A stretch of 64,000 nt of DNA from Bugula neritina. Its lineage: Eukaryota; Animalia; Bryozoa. The notes beneath the pieces were generated by a model. It saw nothing but the letters and a program-made list of their open reading frames with translations, had not been told where the DNA came from and ran no database searches. Shown here piece by piece: positions 14,301 to 26,509 of this stretch. The translations under genes and the position numbers were made by a program. The stretch is taken from assembly GCA_964035545.1 (NCBI GenBank), contig OZ037766.1, positions 10,468,722-10,532,721 of the forward strand, in the 5' to 3' direction. Numbering within the stretch: position 1 is the first letter of the stretch; each line of letters opens with the position of its first letter.

Positions 14301-15684
14301 CGGCTCCAGTCTGTCATTCAGCAGCTACCAGAGTCGTATCCGGTGAGTCAAATAACTGGCTGACTACTTTAATCTGGGCATATCCTAATGATTTTATTCC
14401 TTACTGGGGGAGACAAATTCAACTATTAGTTAGTAGCCATGACATAAAATGTGAGATTAGCTGTGAGAATACTAGCCAATAGATTTTATCAGTTTATTTA
14501 ATGGCGTGTTGATTGATAAAGAGTTGAATGTATCTGATTTTCACAAGGAATTATGCTCTCCTGACTTGCCTGATGTTATTGCTATTTGATGTCCATTAGT
14601 TGTTAAAACATATTCACATTTATAGATTTTATTATGCAGTCTTTTTCTTACTCTTGAGCCATGGACTTTGTGAATATATTTTAGTCAAGTATATGACGCA
14701 CAGTCTGGGCAACCTTTGAAGGCAAAGGCCCCTATCACCTGTAGTCCACCTCCAGTCAACATCATTGAGACACAGAGCAGCTTACCGCCAAAGTTGCTAC
14801 AGGTACAACATGTTCAGTTTTTCTTAGACTGGTTGTAGCAGATTACAGTCGGACATTTGGTATACTGTTTTAATGCCTGTTTCCTATCAAAGTTTGTAGC
14901 AATTCTTGCAGGTAGAAACAAATAATAAAGCTACAATAAAGATGTGGCTTCAAAAGTTTATTTTAATGTCTGAGGAGATAGCCCTGTTGCCATTTGCATT
15001 TTGCTATTGATGTTTGGTGTGGCAGTAATCATTCAGTCAGAGATTTGTATTACAGCTGCCAAAACTAATAGTGCAAACTGCTCTGTACATTTTATTCAGT
15101 AGACAACATGAGTGTTACTCAACTCAGCTGCCTGCCTGAGGATCACCTATGGACTGCCTCAGGTCTGGCAAATAGCTAGACACTGAAATCTCTCTAAATT
15201 ATGCCTAAACATGCGTAACAATATGCATTATTTATTCTCTTTTAGATAAAGTATTCTAATGTATACTCAGCACACATAATAAATGTTTATTGTTTGTGTT
15301 AAGAGTTGTCTGCTTTAGTTGTATTTGCTGCAGATTGTATTTACTTTGTAAAGTGATCATCTGCAGTAACGTTATTATTTCCTCTTGTAGATAATGGTCA
15401 TCATTGGAGTATTTGTCATCATAGCAGTAGCATTTAACTTTGCCGAAAATTACATCAAGGGTTTAAAGGCCTCAAACCGAAAGAAGTTATCTACGAGAGT
15501 TGACAGTGAAGCGGGTCTAGCAAGTGCAGGTCAAGGGGTCAGCTATAATAGTCATAGTTCTTCAGTGAATATACCTACTGACCAAGTACATATATCTAAA
15601 TCTCAAATCACATTAGACCAAAGTAGCAGTGACAATGAGGAAGTAGACACATCTGAAACAGCTGCTCTTTTAGCCCCAACTTGA
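5320..15684 (+). CDS. PCSK7: Proprotein convertase subtilisin/kexin type 7-like; 13 coding exons (5320-5763, 6008-6224, 6702-6800, 8825-8970, 10275-10413, 10694-10788, 11601-11771, 12030-12137, 12609-12708, 13577-13739, 14148-14342, 14685-14802, 15391-15684)
   Basis: Signal peptide, prodomain ending RHRFKR, catalytic motifs VVDDG / HGTRCAGE / GTSAAAP, oxyanion [10 protein letters not shown]7-like [10 protein letters not shown] and HSHKHGFG, P-domain RRGDL, single C-terminal TM helix and no Cys-rich region. Canonical splice sites in phase. Confidence 0.92.
6417..6474 (+). repeat. Short ~15-bp minisatellite (~4 copies, GTGAAGCATGGGNGT-like)
   Basis: Tandem units gtgaagcatgggggt / gtgacgcatgggagt / gtgaagcatagggat / gtgaaacac in PCSK7 intron 2. 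Confidence 0.7.
8708..8822 (+). repeat. 23-bp minisatellite x5 abutting a PCSK7 splice acceptor
   Basis: Units such as agccttatgatcatcatatgtgt repeated five times, ending at the AG of the exon that starts at 8825. Confidence 0.8.
12962..13379. mobile_element. MITE-like non-autonomous DNA transposon (~418 bp)
   Basis: Imperfect ~30-bp terminal inverted repeats: left ATAGACCCTTTTCAGAGGTCCCCAATGTCCCC, right (reverse complement) ATAGACCTATTTCATAGGTTCGCGATATCCCC; no coding capacity. Confidence 0.55.
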
Positions 15685-16521
15685 TGCATCTATTTGTTTA
15701 CTGTCCAACTTGTTGGATTCTATCTTGAAATTAAGATACTCAAAAATATTGACTTTTTGCACTAGTTGATTTTTATTTTTAACTGCTATTTTATTAACTA
15801 AACTGCTGCGTATATCTCAGATGTATACTCTTATTGTAGGCTTAGAATATCAATGATTTTTCCACTTAACTGAGGTGCTTGCCATTTTATTAAGCTAAAA
15901 TCTCTATATAAATGCTTTTTATACATTTTACAAATAAAACTAGAATCATTATATAAAGTGCTTTAAATAATGTATATATACTACATAATTGTGTATAACA
16001 ATAAGACTGTGTCTTGCTGAAACATGTTACAAAAGTAGTTATTACTCTTACTTAATTAAATGAATATTTTTTTAGGAAAAAATGTTGCTTTGTAAAAAAT
16101 TTGTTCTAGCTAAAAGCATAACTTGTATTGCAAGAATGTAATATTTTGTAGATGTAACATATAATTATTTTGATAAAGTTTTTCACTGCCTTAATCATTC
16201 TATAACTATTCTTACTAGTTAATATTAAATAGTAGATGTTTTTCAAAAGTGCACAATAATTAAAATTATTAAATAATTTTAAACAAAAATGTTGTCATTC
16301 AAATGTAAATAAAAACAATAAACATATTACATCCCAATATGTGACATTGCTATGACATAGAAAAAGTCAACAATGAACAATAAAGCCAATTGACACTTTA
16401 GACAGAAATCATTACGCCTTGCACTCAGCTATTACATGCCGTCACGTGTAGAAAGACTAAAACAAGCCCACCAGCATATACTGTTGAATCCTTAGAGATA
16501 AACTGGAAAACAGTGGCCAGC

Positions 16522-19500
16522 ATGATTTCTGCTCCAACATATCAGAATATACTTCAGCAGTTTCAGAGTTATGAAGATGCCAACTACAAGTTAGATGATA
16601 GAGGGCAGGCAGTGTCTGAGGTGAAGAGGTTATATATTAGTTTCAGTTAGCTGTATATAGTACATAGTTTTCCAGAAGTATCTGAGTATAATATGTATGG
16701 TTGCTTTCAGTTAGCCAAGTTCTATAGCAATAAATACTGTGTATGAATATGGGCTATTACATTTTATACATGCTTATACTTTATACTCTGGTTTTTCTCA
16801 CTCAATTATTTCACTAGCTTCACATAAATGTAGAGCAACATTAGTTATTACTACAGTGTACACTGTAAGATGTTAGGTTGAGTAATTATCCCCTCATCCT
16901 TAAAGTTGACAATTTTCATTAAGTTACTATTTATTATATTTTGTATATTATAGATTGCAAGAAATCTAGCTGATGTTAAAAGTCATTTGATGGGCAGACT
17001 GTCATTGCTGGAAGTTTCTTCAAAGGTACCAGTTAAAAATATTATGTAGTAGGCAACGTAGTTGTGTTACGCACATACGCACACACATGCAATTATTGGT
17101 TATTTCATTAATTCTAAATCAGTTACTGTTAAAGTACAAATCATAACAACCTTGTATACTAAAGATTTTCCATATACAATGTTGTGCGTGTATTGAAGTT
17201 ATAAATTTGCCTGATAATGTTGGTAGAAGTAAGGGTTTGCAACTGATCAAACTAAGGACTGCATACATACCATAAGTATTATGTTCCTTATAATATATAT
17301 TCAATGATTCTGAATAACTGAGATTGTTAAATTTTATGTAAAACTAATATTCTTGTTGCATGTATAAATCAAAAAATCTGGTATAGACCTATATGGAAAA
17401 TTTATGCGAATTTTTTTTATGGTTTTAGGAAACTGAGCTACAAAAGAAGTATGGAGGATCTCAGATTACGATTTTAGTTGAGAATTGTCCATACAAAGTT
17501 GAACGACTCCAAACCCTTCTTTCAGCTCATAGAAAAAGTACTATTATACAAAGAAAAAATTTAAAGAAACTTAGCGATGATAATACATTTGAAGATTACT
17601 CTAAAATTCCATTTAATACAACTTCTAAAAGGTAATTGATTAGCAAATATGAATAAGTAATATAGTTATCATTTTTTAATATGACACTATAAGATATTGC
17701 GTTGACAGTATTTTTGAAAACTAAAATATATATTTTATTTCATTTTTATAAATAGATGTGATTTAAAACCTAAATAAGCTTAACTCTTATAGATTGGCAG
17801 ATGAGATATCTAGTAGTAGTTGGCCGGTAGTATTACGTAACATATACAGCATTTTCATATCTAAATGCAAAAGCCTGCACATATTTTGTATATGTAGATT
17901 TTTACCATCTGGTACCCACCCTCGTTTTTATGACAAAGCAAACTTAAAGGTGAACTCGGAACTGCCCACTGAGTCTTTAGATTCCAGAAAGAACAGCTTT
18001 ACATACTCCATTAGCACCAGTAATGGCTGGAAGGTTTGGCTATTCAAATAATAAGTTAGCAAGTACATAGAAAGCTATAATACTTGAAACATAAGTCTTT
18101 ATGGATATCAAGATTAATTTGTAATATACTTGACTTTACTGTATAGATGCAAGTATTTTGTGCATAATTTCTTTGGAGAGCTTTTCAAGTTTCCAAATAG
18201 AAAAAAATTAAAAGTAATCCTGTTTTCCTAGTTTGGTTAAGTTTTTTTATCCTGTATAATATATTGTAATTTGTAATCATATCAATACCTAAATATTGCT
18301 GCCTGTCCCACGAATTTTTTATTCAACAGCTGCATGCATGTTTCCTTAAACTTCAGACTTCGATTCTATTAATAGAAACTTAATAACTTATTTAGGAATG
18401 CATTATATGCCATACTTGTATGGATAGCTTGCTATAATTTACATCATTTGCTATGTGTGCACTTGTATATGCACACTTTGTGTTCTGTGTAATATAGTCT
18501 AGAAAAGAGAGAGACGTCGTGCTGAAACTCTCACAGATGGCCCTAAAAGAAAAGGAAGAGGAGGTGTTAAAGCAAAGAGGACCAGGAAAATACAACATCA
18601 CTGAAACTAATTTGTATTTGAAGGGTATAATAATTAACAACACATGCATGTTAAACCTGCAAACATTTGCTGGCCATTTCAAACGGTTGCCTCATAATAA
18701 GTGAATTAAAATCTATGATGTGTTTCAAATATTTGTACCTTTGCAAAGAATTTTACCCTTTTCTTGTTTTATAGACTGCATTATAGAAAATTGGAATTTA
18801 AAAAGCTTACCTTCTATTCAAACTATTAATAATTTTTCAGGAAATCGTAATGGACAGAAAATGGGTTCTGCAATAAGAATGGCAGGAGATTCACCACTTG
18901 CTAAACCAAAATATGGCTCTCTTCATAGAAGTAAGCTAGAGAAGTCAATGGTGAATCCTGGTGCTGGTACATATTATATTAAGGATCCTGAAAAACCTGA
19001 AAATGCACAAATCTCTTCTTTTAATTATGGTAAAAGCATGCAATGTAATCTCATGTGAAGTAAAATTTCTCAATAGCCAAATTTATTTATCAAGATTGAT
19101 ACTTCGCAATTTATTTAGATTTCCTACCTTTTTGGAAATCGAGCTAGCTTTAAATTAAATAAATGAAAATAAAAATATTTGTAAGTTTACTGAAACTATA
19201 TAGCTTGTGTTATGCAAACACATATTACATCAAACATAACTGGTTATAATAAAGATAATATCAAAATTATTTGAATATCTGTTTCTGCAAATTTACATTT
19301 CCTATTATACAACATAATTTCATAATAGCTTTAGAAACGCGCTTAAACAATTATTTATCCTTATAATATATCAAAAAGAAACATACAACATTTTTTACAA
19401 TAAACTGTTTATTTTAGTATGTAAAAGTATCTCACATAAATTTAACTTGAAAAATTAAATGGTTCACATAGTATCTGTTGTGGCGTTTTAAAGAGTTATA

Positions 19501-21483
19501 GGTAAAAGTTTGAATTAGTGTTGCTCTTACTAAAGATATTAACGAATTTTACAAAATTAGTGTTCTTTTATCCAAAGGTAAAGGTCATGACCTCAACCTT
19601 GGCTCAAGTTCTGGATTACCACCCACTCAGTACAGAAAAGAGTCATCAATAGATGCCCTTCTCAAAAAGGTTTGCAGTGTCAAAGGACCTTACAACATAT
19701 TCTCTGGGACTCGTGACAAAAGAATCAACACAGGGTCTTGCAGGCACAGAAGAGGTCTATTCCATAACCGAGGGTTTACCAGCATTTCTTCAAGTAAGAT
19801 ATGATACACATTAAAAAATATGACTCGATTATTTACTATTTACAATTGAGCTAAATGCAGCAAAAGATTGGAATATATACTTTTTCACCAAATTTTCATG
19901 ATATTAAGACTTTAGTACTTCAAAGTTAAATAAACTTGTAATAGCAGTCACTAAAAATAATTTTCAAATGACTGTAAAGTAAGTGAATTTATTCTGATTT
20001 AGACCAACATTATGAAAAGGCAAAAACTCCATCTTCAAAACCAGCTGCTGAAGAATACAAGAAAAACATTTCATCTCTCGTGTCTAACTTTGCCAACAAC
20101 AGAACAGCAAATACCAATAAATCCAAGGGTAAGTTGCATGTACACTCTTAATCATACATCTATTAATTAATACAATAGAGAGGTAAGGGGTGACTACCTG
20201 AATCCATTAGCATATAATTGTATGCACATGCATATCATTTATAAATAACTCAGCACAGGACTGGTCTATCTTTAATAAGTAATGATGGATTACAAAAATA
20301 TTTATAGATATTGAATATTCCAATTGCATGCACTATAGCTATAGTTTATTAAGGATGTTACAAACAGCATGTTTATGTTTTTATAAGTATTTGTGAGATT
20401 TTTAGCTTGCAACACTAATTAAAAATTTGATCAATTTTATTTTCCTGGAAACATTATTTTAAGTGCATCAGTAGAAAGTAGCAGCTATTTAAGCAGCTCA
20501 TTGCTATTTTAGTAAATATAAATTATTATTAGCCTGAGTACAGGTGCAAGCTACCCAGGTGCACCACTAATTATTAATTCTTAATAATATAATTATTGAC
20601 ATATACTATTTTTACACCATTAGTAAATTTGTATTGATTGTGCATTTTAAAAAACTAATTAGTAGTAAACATTATGTTAGTATAAAAATTGCTATGGCCA
20701 TTAGGCTCATAAAAAATTATCCTGTTCACAATGTAGCTTGTAATTTTTTACCAAATTCTCAAATACTTCGTTAAAATGCGAACCTGCAATTAGGAAGAAA
20801 ACTGTCAACAAGTTTTAAAGCATCACACTTTCGCGCTAGCACATACACACACATTTGCAAGAATATGTATGATAAGTCAATGCTTTGTTTCAGTTTATGA
20901 AGAGCAAATCCCAGCCAATCAGCAATTGAAAAAGTGTGATCACAGAAAACCCAGAACTGCAAGCAAGAAGCCCAGCCACATATCAGCTAAGGTAGATATT
21001 GCATACTTGTGTTTGAGATAATATTCAACTGTTTTAATGACTCTCCCGTAGTAACAAGTTCACAGCACATGGCTTAAAGGCATTCACTCAAAGAATGTGC
21101 CCAGTTGCTGCCTATTCACAACTAATGCAATGTTGTAGACTGCTGCTAAAGGCATGCAATGGAAAGAAAATTACGGCTTTTTATCAAGCAGTAAAAGAAT
21201 TGACAAACAGATGATGAGATTTGATCAACTCTCACCAGGACCTGGAAGGTAAATGGCTACATGATGTAATGAACATCTTTTACATCCAGAGTTCTATTTT
21301 AATGACTTGGTTCCACCCTGCATACAAGAATATAACTTTTATTTTTATGGAGAATTATTTGTTTTATAGCAAATGTGGAATAATGAGCCAGTTTTATATT
21401 AACTTAATTCAATGTTTTACAGATACAACATCGCATACAAACCCGAGCAGATCAGAAGTAGCATTAAAGCAAGACACTTCTAA
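16522..21483 (+). CDS. CIMAP2: CIMAP2/LEXM-like (lymphocyte expansion molecule; PGPG-x-Y ciliary microtubule-associated protein), ~11 exons; start exon uncertain
   Basis: Exons give KIPFNTTSKR|FLPSGTHPRF, RGPGKYNI, VNPGAGTY, GLPPTQYRKESSIDALLKKVCSVKGPYNIFSGTRDK (resembles the LEXM block ...VGTRGPYDTFSGDR) and LSPGPGR|YNIAY...HF-stop (TAA 21481-21483). Exons ~16522-16620, 16954-17025, 17429-17631, 17899-18033, 18498-18624, 18841-19029, 19578-19793, 20003-20128, 20894-20991, ~21140-21248, 21423-21483. Confidence 0.7.
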
Positions 21484-21670
21484 ATGTACAATAACCTGGA
21501 AAGGTGTATGTGTATATATGTACGGTTATTGACTACTACAGGAGAGAGTGAGACTGCCAGACTAATGCTTCTATTATTTAATTGTAGTGTTTTGTTTTAT
21601 TATTGTTTTAAATCTGTACAATTCAGTAGTAAATGATATAAATTTAAAATTGTCAAATAAAAACCAGAGT

Positions 21671-24600
21671 TCAGTCAATCTGAGAACTGTCTATTGTGAC
21701 AAACACATCATGGGTGACGTCCTTCTTATAGGTCGGGCCTAGAGTTGTCTTCCTCTCCTCATTCTTCTCCTTGTTGTGATATCGAATGGCATATTTCTGA
21801 GCCAGAGCTTTACGCATGGCTCTTCGGTACTGAAAAATCATCATAAACAAAATTCAGTGTCAGTCTGAGTGAATTATTATATCGACTACTGCGTAGTTTT
21901 CATTATTTACATCTTTACACAAATATGTAATCGAATTTATGGTTATCATTAATACTTGGCTAGCAGTAATTGCAGCCGGCATGATTAAAAATATTATGTC
22001 ATGTCATCAACTAGAAATTATGACAGTTGATGTTTAGAAAATAGATAAAATCTTATTAAATATATTTCATCAAATATACCAGTGCAAGCAGAAAAGGAAT
22101 ATTCTACAACTGCAACGCCAACTAATCCAAAAGAGAACATAGAGTCAACGAGAGACAATACTTACAACGTTGGGAGAGGTGTAGTGTGGGTTGTGCCACA
22201 GAGTTGGTCCACCAAAACTTCCTTCAAAAATCTTGAAAGGATTCAACACAAACCTGGGACCTGCAAGAGAGAGACACGGACACTGAACTGACATCATGCT
22301 AGGAGACAGCAAAGGATTCATGCTTTGCTGTTTGTTTCATGAACATTAGATGAAAGTAATACTCTGATTTCATTGGAGCACATGATAAAAGATATATCAA
22401 CGATAGGTTGGGTTTGAACTTGCTGTGCTTAAATGATATTTTTTGCAATACATATTAAAGAGTCCAATCTATATCGGTACATAACTATCAACCAGTGATT
22501 GACTGTTTAATTTCCCCATTAAAGCAATAATTATAAATATTAAATCAATAATAAGAAATAAAATAATATAAAATATTTATGTATATAAGCACATTAATAA
22601 ATATATTAAGTCATCAGCATTTATGTTTACTAGTTTGCTGTGGAGGAGGGGGAAATTTAGATTTTTACTCAGGTTAATGGTTATAATCGGCAATAATCCT
22701 AACATTGTTATCACACATAATCAAAGTTGGGACTTGAGAGATAAGCCAGCATTACTAAAACAGAATGTGGGGGAAAGAAGAGGGGACAACTCTTCAAATT
22801 TTCAATCCAGTCCAAGCTTTTTTTAAATTTACATCTATAAAACACATTAGCTTAGTTTCTTCGAGGAAATAGCAACTTTGTGCAGGGAACTGACTACTGT
22901 AGTGCAGCACTTATTTCAGACTACTTATGTAAGATAATCTGGGGCTTATGGCACCACAATTGGTGGCAGAAAAATAAAAAGCTATTAAATTGAATTTTGA
23001 TCTACTGGGATGAATGAACAACTAAGATAAACTCTATGGGGCACACAACTCCTATTCACGAGTCTTGTAAATGAATGGCAGTGGTACGTACGAGGACCCT
23101 TACCTATCTCAGTAAGAGATCCCGTTTCTTCAACAATCTGGTAGTTTCTGAACCATATTCTGTTATCATTTACTGAGAAAGTATAGACATTGTCTATAAA
23201 AGGCTGGCTCTTGGGATGATTATGAGGTGTGCTGAATATTTGTGTGAATAATTCTTTGAGCAGCTGAAAATGAGGCAGCTCGTCAAATGACTAAAAATAT
23301 AAACAAGTAGAAATTAGCATACAAAAAAGAATTTTATTATAAATGATAGATTCATTTACGCACCGCAACTGGTGGATAAAATTTGATCGGGTACAAATTT
23401 AAACAATTGCTAAGAATATAAATAATTATAATTGGTATTACCGAGTCAAATGACAAAACTGGCCTAGACCCTCTCAAGCAATTGCCCGTCAGCTTCAATT
23501 CATCCATTGTGTGGACTACAAAGCATAGAAACTATATATTCATCTGATATAAACACACGCATGCAGCGTACTTGTTGAAATACAGTAGCATAGTGACAAG
23601 TGACACCTTTACAATATGATGCAGACTCAACCAAACTCAATGACTTACCGAGACGACTTGAAATGATTTACTTACACGGTAGATACTCAAGCCGCATAGA
23701 CTTGATACTATAAAGGTAAAGTAAAACTTATTCTCTTAAAATATAATTCAGTTAGAAACCAAAAAGAACTCAGGACACTATATATATCTAGTTGATTGAT
23801 GTTCATAACATTTTATTTATTTTTGAGTCACCTTCAACATAATATTAATGGTGCTAGAATGCACTTTGAGTGGTTGCGGAGTTGATAGTAAGGAAAATCA
23901 AGTTCATTGCTTTATTGTTAGCTTCAGCTGTTTTAAACTTTAAATATTTGCAACAAAACGTTAGTAAATCTGATTAACACTTTCAAACATGCAGCCAACA
24001 GTCTAACCCCCCTGCTAAGGTTTAATAGAACTAGTATCACTGTAATACAATAGTTACATGGTAACACTTGACACTCTCAGTTCATAGTTATAGCTTGTAG
24101 CAGTTCATTATTGGAAACTAAGTAACTTCCCTAACAATACATATGCTACTGCATGTGGGTTTTAGTATAACATTTAAAACTACTACCATTTTCCACTAGA
24201 AACTTCACTGATGGTCCTGCAGGGGTGTTGGAAGCCCATAAATAAAGGTCTTGATTCTTCTTCGATTCAAAAAACAAAACTTTATTACAGTTCTTCATCT
24301 CTGCTATCTAAAACATCAACCATGCACTTGATAGGGTGAAAATGGTTGCTCACATATAAAACAAGCATACGTCAAGGAACTATCACCTAGCGAAACTTTG
24401 ACCAAATACAAAGTGTTGATATTGCATATCACTTATATAACTTACAAACCAAAATACATAGTGTAACTAGGATTGCCAGAAAAAGTATTTGCTGCTTTTT
24501 AGCACCTTTCATATGAAAAATCCTGAGATTCCTCAATTTCAATTGGCGTATTTTTACACTGCGAATAGTATTATACATTACCAGTAGAAAAAAGATATAG

Positions 24601-26502
24601 TATTAAATCATTTAGTGTTACACTACGCATTCATAGAACTATGCTCATGTGTTCGTTAGATAGATCCAACAAGCTTCAAGCTTCCCCAATGATTCATACA
24701 AAAGTGCTGACAGCCTTTATGAGAACAGAAAAGCAACATTGGCAAGATTATAAAAGATAATGTTGAACTAGAGGCTAAACCAAGTTGCATTGCAGAACAT
24801 TTCTTGAAATAAAAGTGTAACAAATAACTCACAAAGGTCAAGACATCTAAAATTTCTTCCATCATATCATAGCTATTTTATCAGGTAAAGTTGTTAAATT
24901 ACAAACAGGGGTGTAGAATAACTGAGATCCAGAAATCCCAATGTTTACAGGATGACCAACAGTTGAAACATTTTGAATTTTAAAGACAATAAGAATAATT
25001 TACTTGCTTAAATGTGTTATAAGTTATATAAAGCAATATAATGTTAAATCACTGAACATCCTATGCCATGAACTAATTCAAAGTCGGCTACCAATGTTAG
25101 ATCAAGGTATGTTATTTGAAAAAACTTACCTCATTAATTTCAAGAAGTTTTTCACTTTTATGCATTTTCACATCTGTAAAATATTAAAAATTGATGACAT
25201 CCAAATAAACGAAAGTTACTAAAGGGACCTTGTTACTTAACATAAGATGTGCTTTACAGCTATAAGATTGGCTCATTGAGAAATCATTTAGAATAATTCG
25301 TGTAAACTTGTTAATTTCAACCAATTTACTTTTGCCAACGTTACTTCACCATCACTTTAATTTAAAAACATTTGTCAATATGGACAGAGTGTAGTAAATA
25401 TAATTATACTTTAACAAAGTCAGTATATATACAAAATCTGAACTGAATTTAGTGCTGATATAAGCCAGTCATTGCTTTCTATTCTACATATTTTTGTGGC
25501 TAAATGGAATCGAACTGAAAATTATTAAAATAATAACAAGATTTCAGTTATGTTCTACAAGCTGGTGGCTTTCATTATTTACAAATGAGCTGCCTGCGGT
25601 AAATTATAATGTCATGATTCATAAAATAGAAGATTGATGTTGCTATAAATGACATTAGTTTTAGGAAATTTATCTTTTGCTCTGTGAGTATAAGTATATT
25701 TGTAATCATAATGTTGATATTTGATTATGAATGAAAGTGACTAAGATGTTATAGTAGAAAGAGCAAAGATTTACAATTCTATAAGTGAAGTGAAGCAGCT
25801 GAGTATCAGAGACCCCAAATGCAATGTGAAAAATCTCACTCAAACCAGGCTGTTAAATTAAACAACCTACTGTTAAATAAAAATATTAAGGCAAATCAAA
25901 CCTGGCTTAGAATGTGGCATTAAAGCTCTTAGATCTCTCATCAAATGTCGTTCTCTAGAACCAATGCCTCGGGAAGAAAACACCAAGACCCGTTCTTTGT
26001 TTACCCATCTCCCCTACATGAAACATCAGCAACTTACGACCAACATTATTTTACCAGTTGATTTGAAAACGCCTTAATATCATATTTTGGTAACAATGCC
26101 AATTGCTAATAAAATCTAAAGCATAATATTAAAATGCACGATCTAATAGAACAACATTGTATTTGATATTAAAAATAACTTATAATGTCAATCAATGTTA
26201 TCATACCCCAAACTCAATTACTATCATCATCAGTGTTATAAAACAAGTTATAGTTGAGTTAATTCTTGAAGTAAATGTAAGGTGCGATGATAATGATGAT
26301 CATTATCATAATGCACATGTTACTAACATTTACATACCATTTTTGCTACTGGCTCCATATTGTCAGATTGAACAGTGGATGGAAGAGCGCTATTTTCTTC
26401 ATCTTTACCTTTGACTGAAGTAGCAGATGTGGTAGCTGCAGAAGACTGTACCTGCCCTTGTCCTTGCAGTTTTCGTTTTTTCGAATTTTTAGTTATCACC
26501 AT
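21671..26502 (-). CDS. BRIX1: Ribosome biogenesis protein BRX1; 8 exons (26502-26338, 26013-25902, 25173-25130, 24307-24187, 23515-23442, 23290-23104, 22260-22166, 21829-21671)
   Basis: Translation contains WVNKERVLVFSSRGI...RHLMRDLRALMPHSK, NCNKVLFFE...DLYLW, HTMDELKLTGNCLRGSRPVLSFD, IWFRNYQI, EIGPRFVLNPFKIFEGSFGGPTLW, all Brix-domain hallmarks of BRX1. Confidence 0.95.
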
Positions 26503-26509
26503 GTTTCTA

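Noticed and set aside
16300-16450. FOXJ1/RFX-like motifs upstream of the CIMAP2-like gene
   Set aside because: Matches are degenerate and common in AT-rich DNA; not supportable from sequence alone.
22290-22435. Hairpins in a BRIX1 intron as possible snoRNA
   Set aside because: No C/D or H/ACA boxes in the host-sense orientation.
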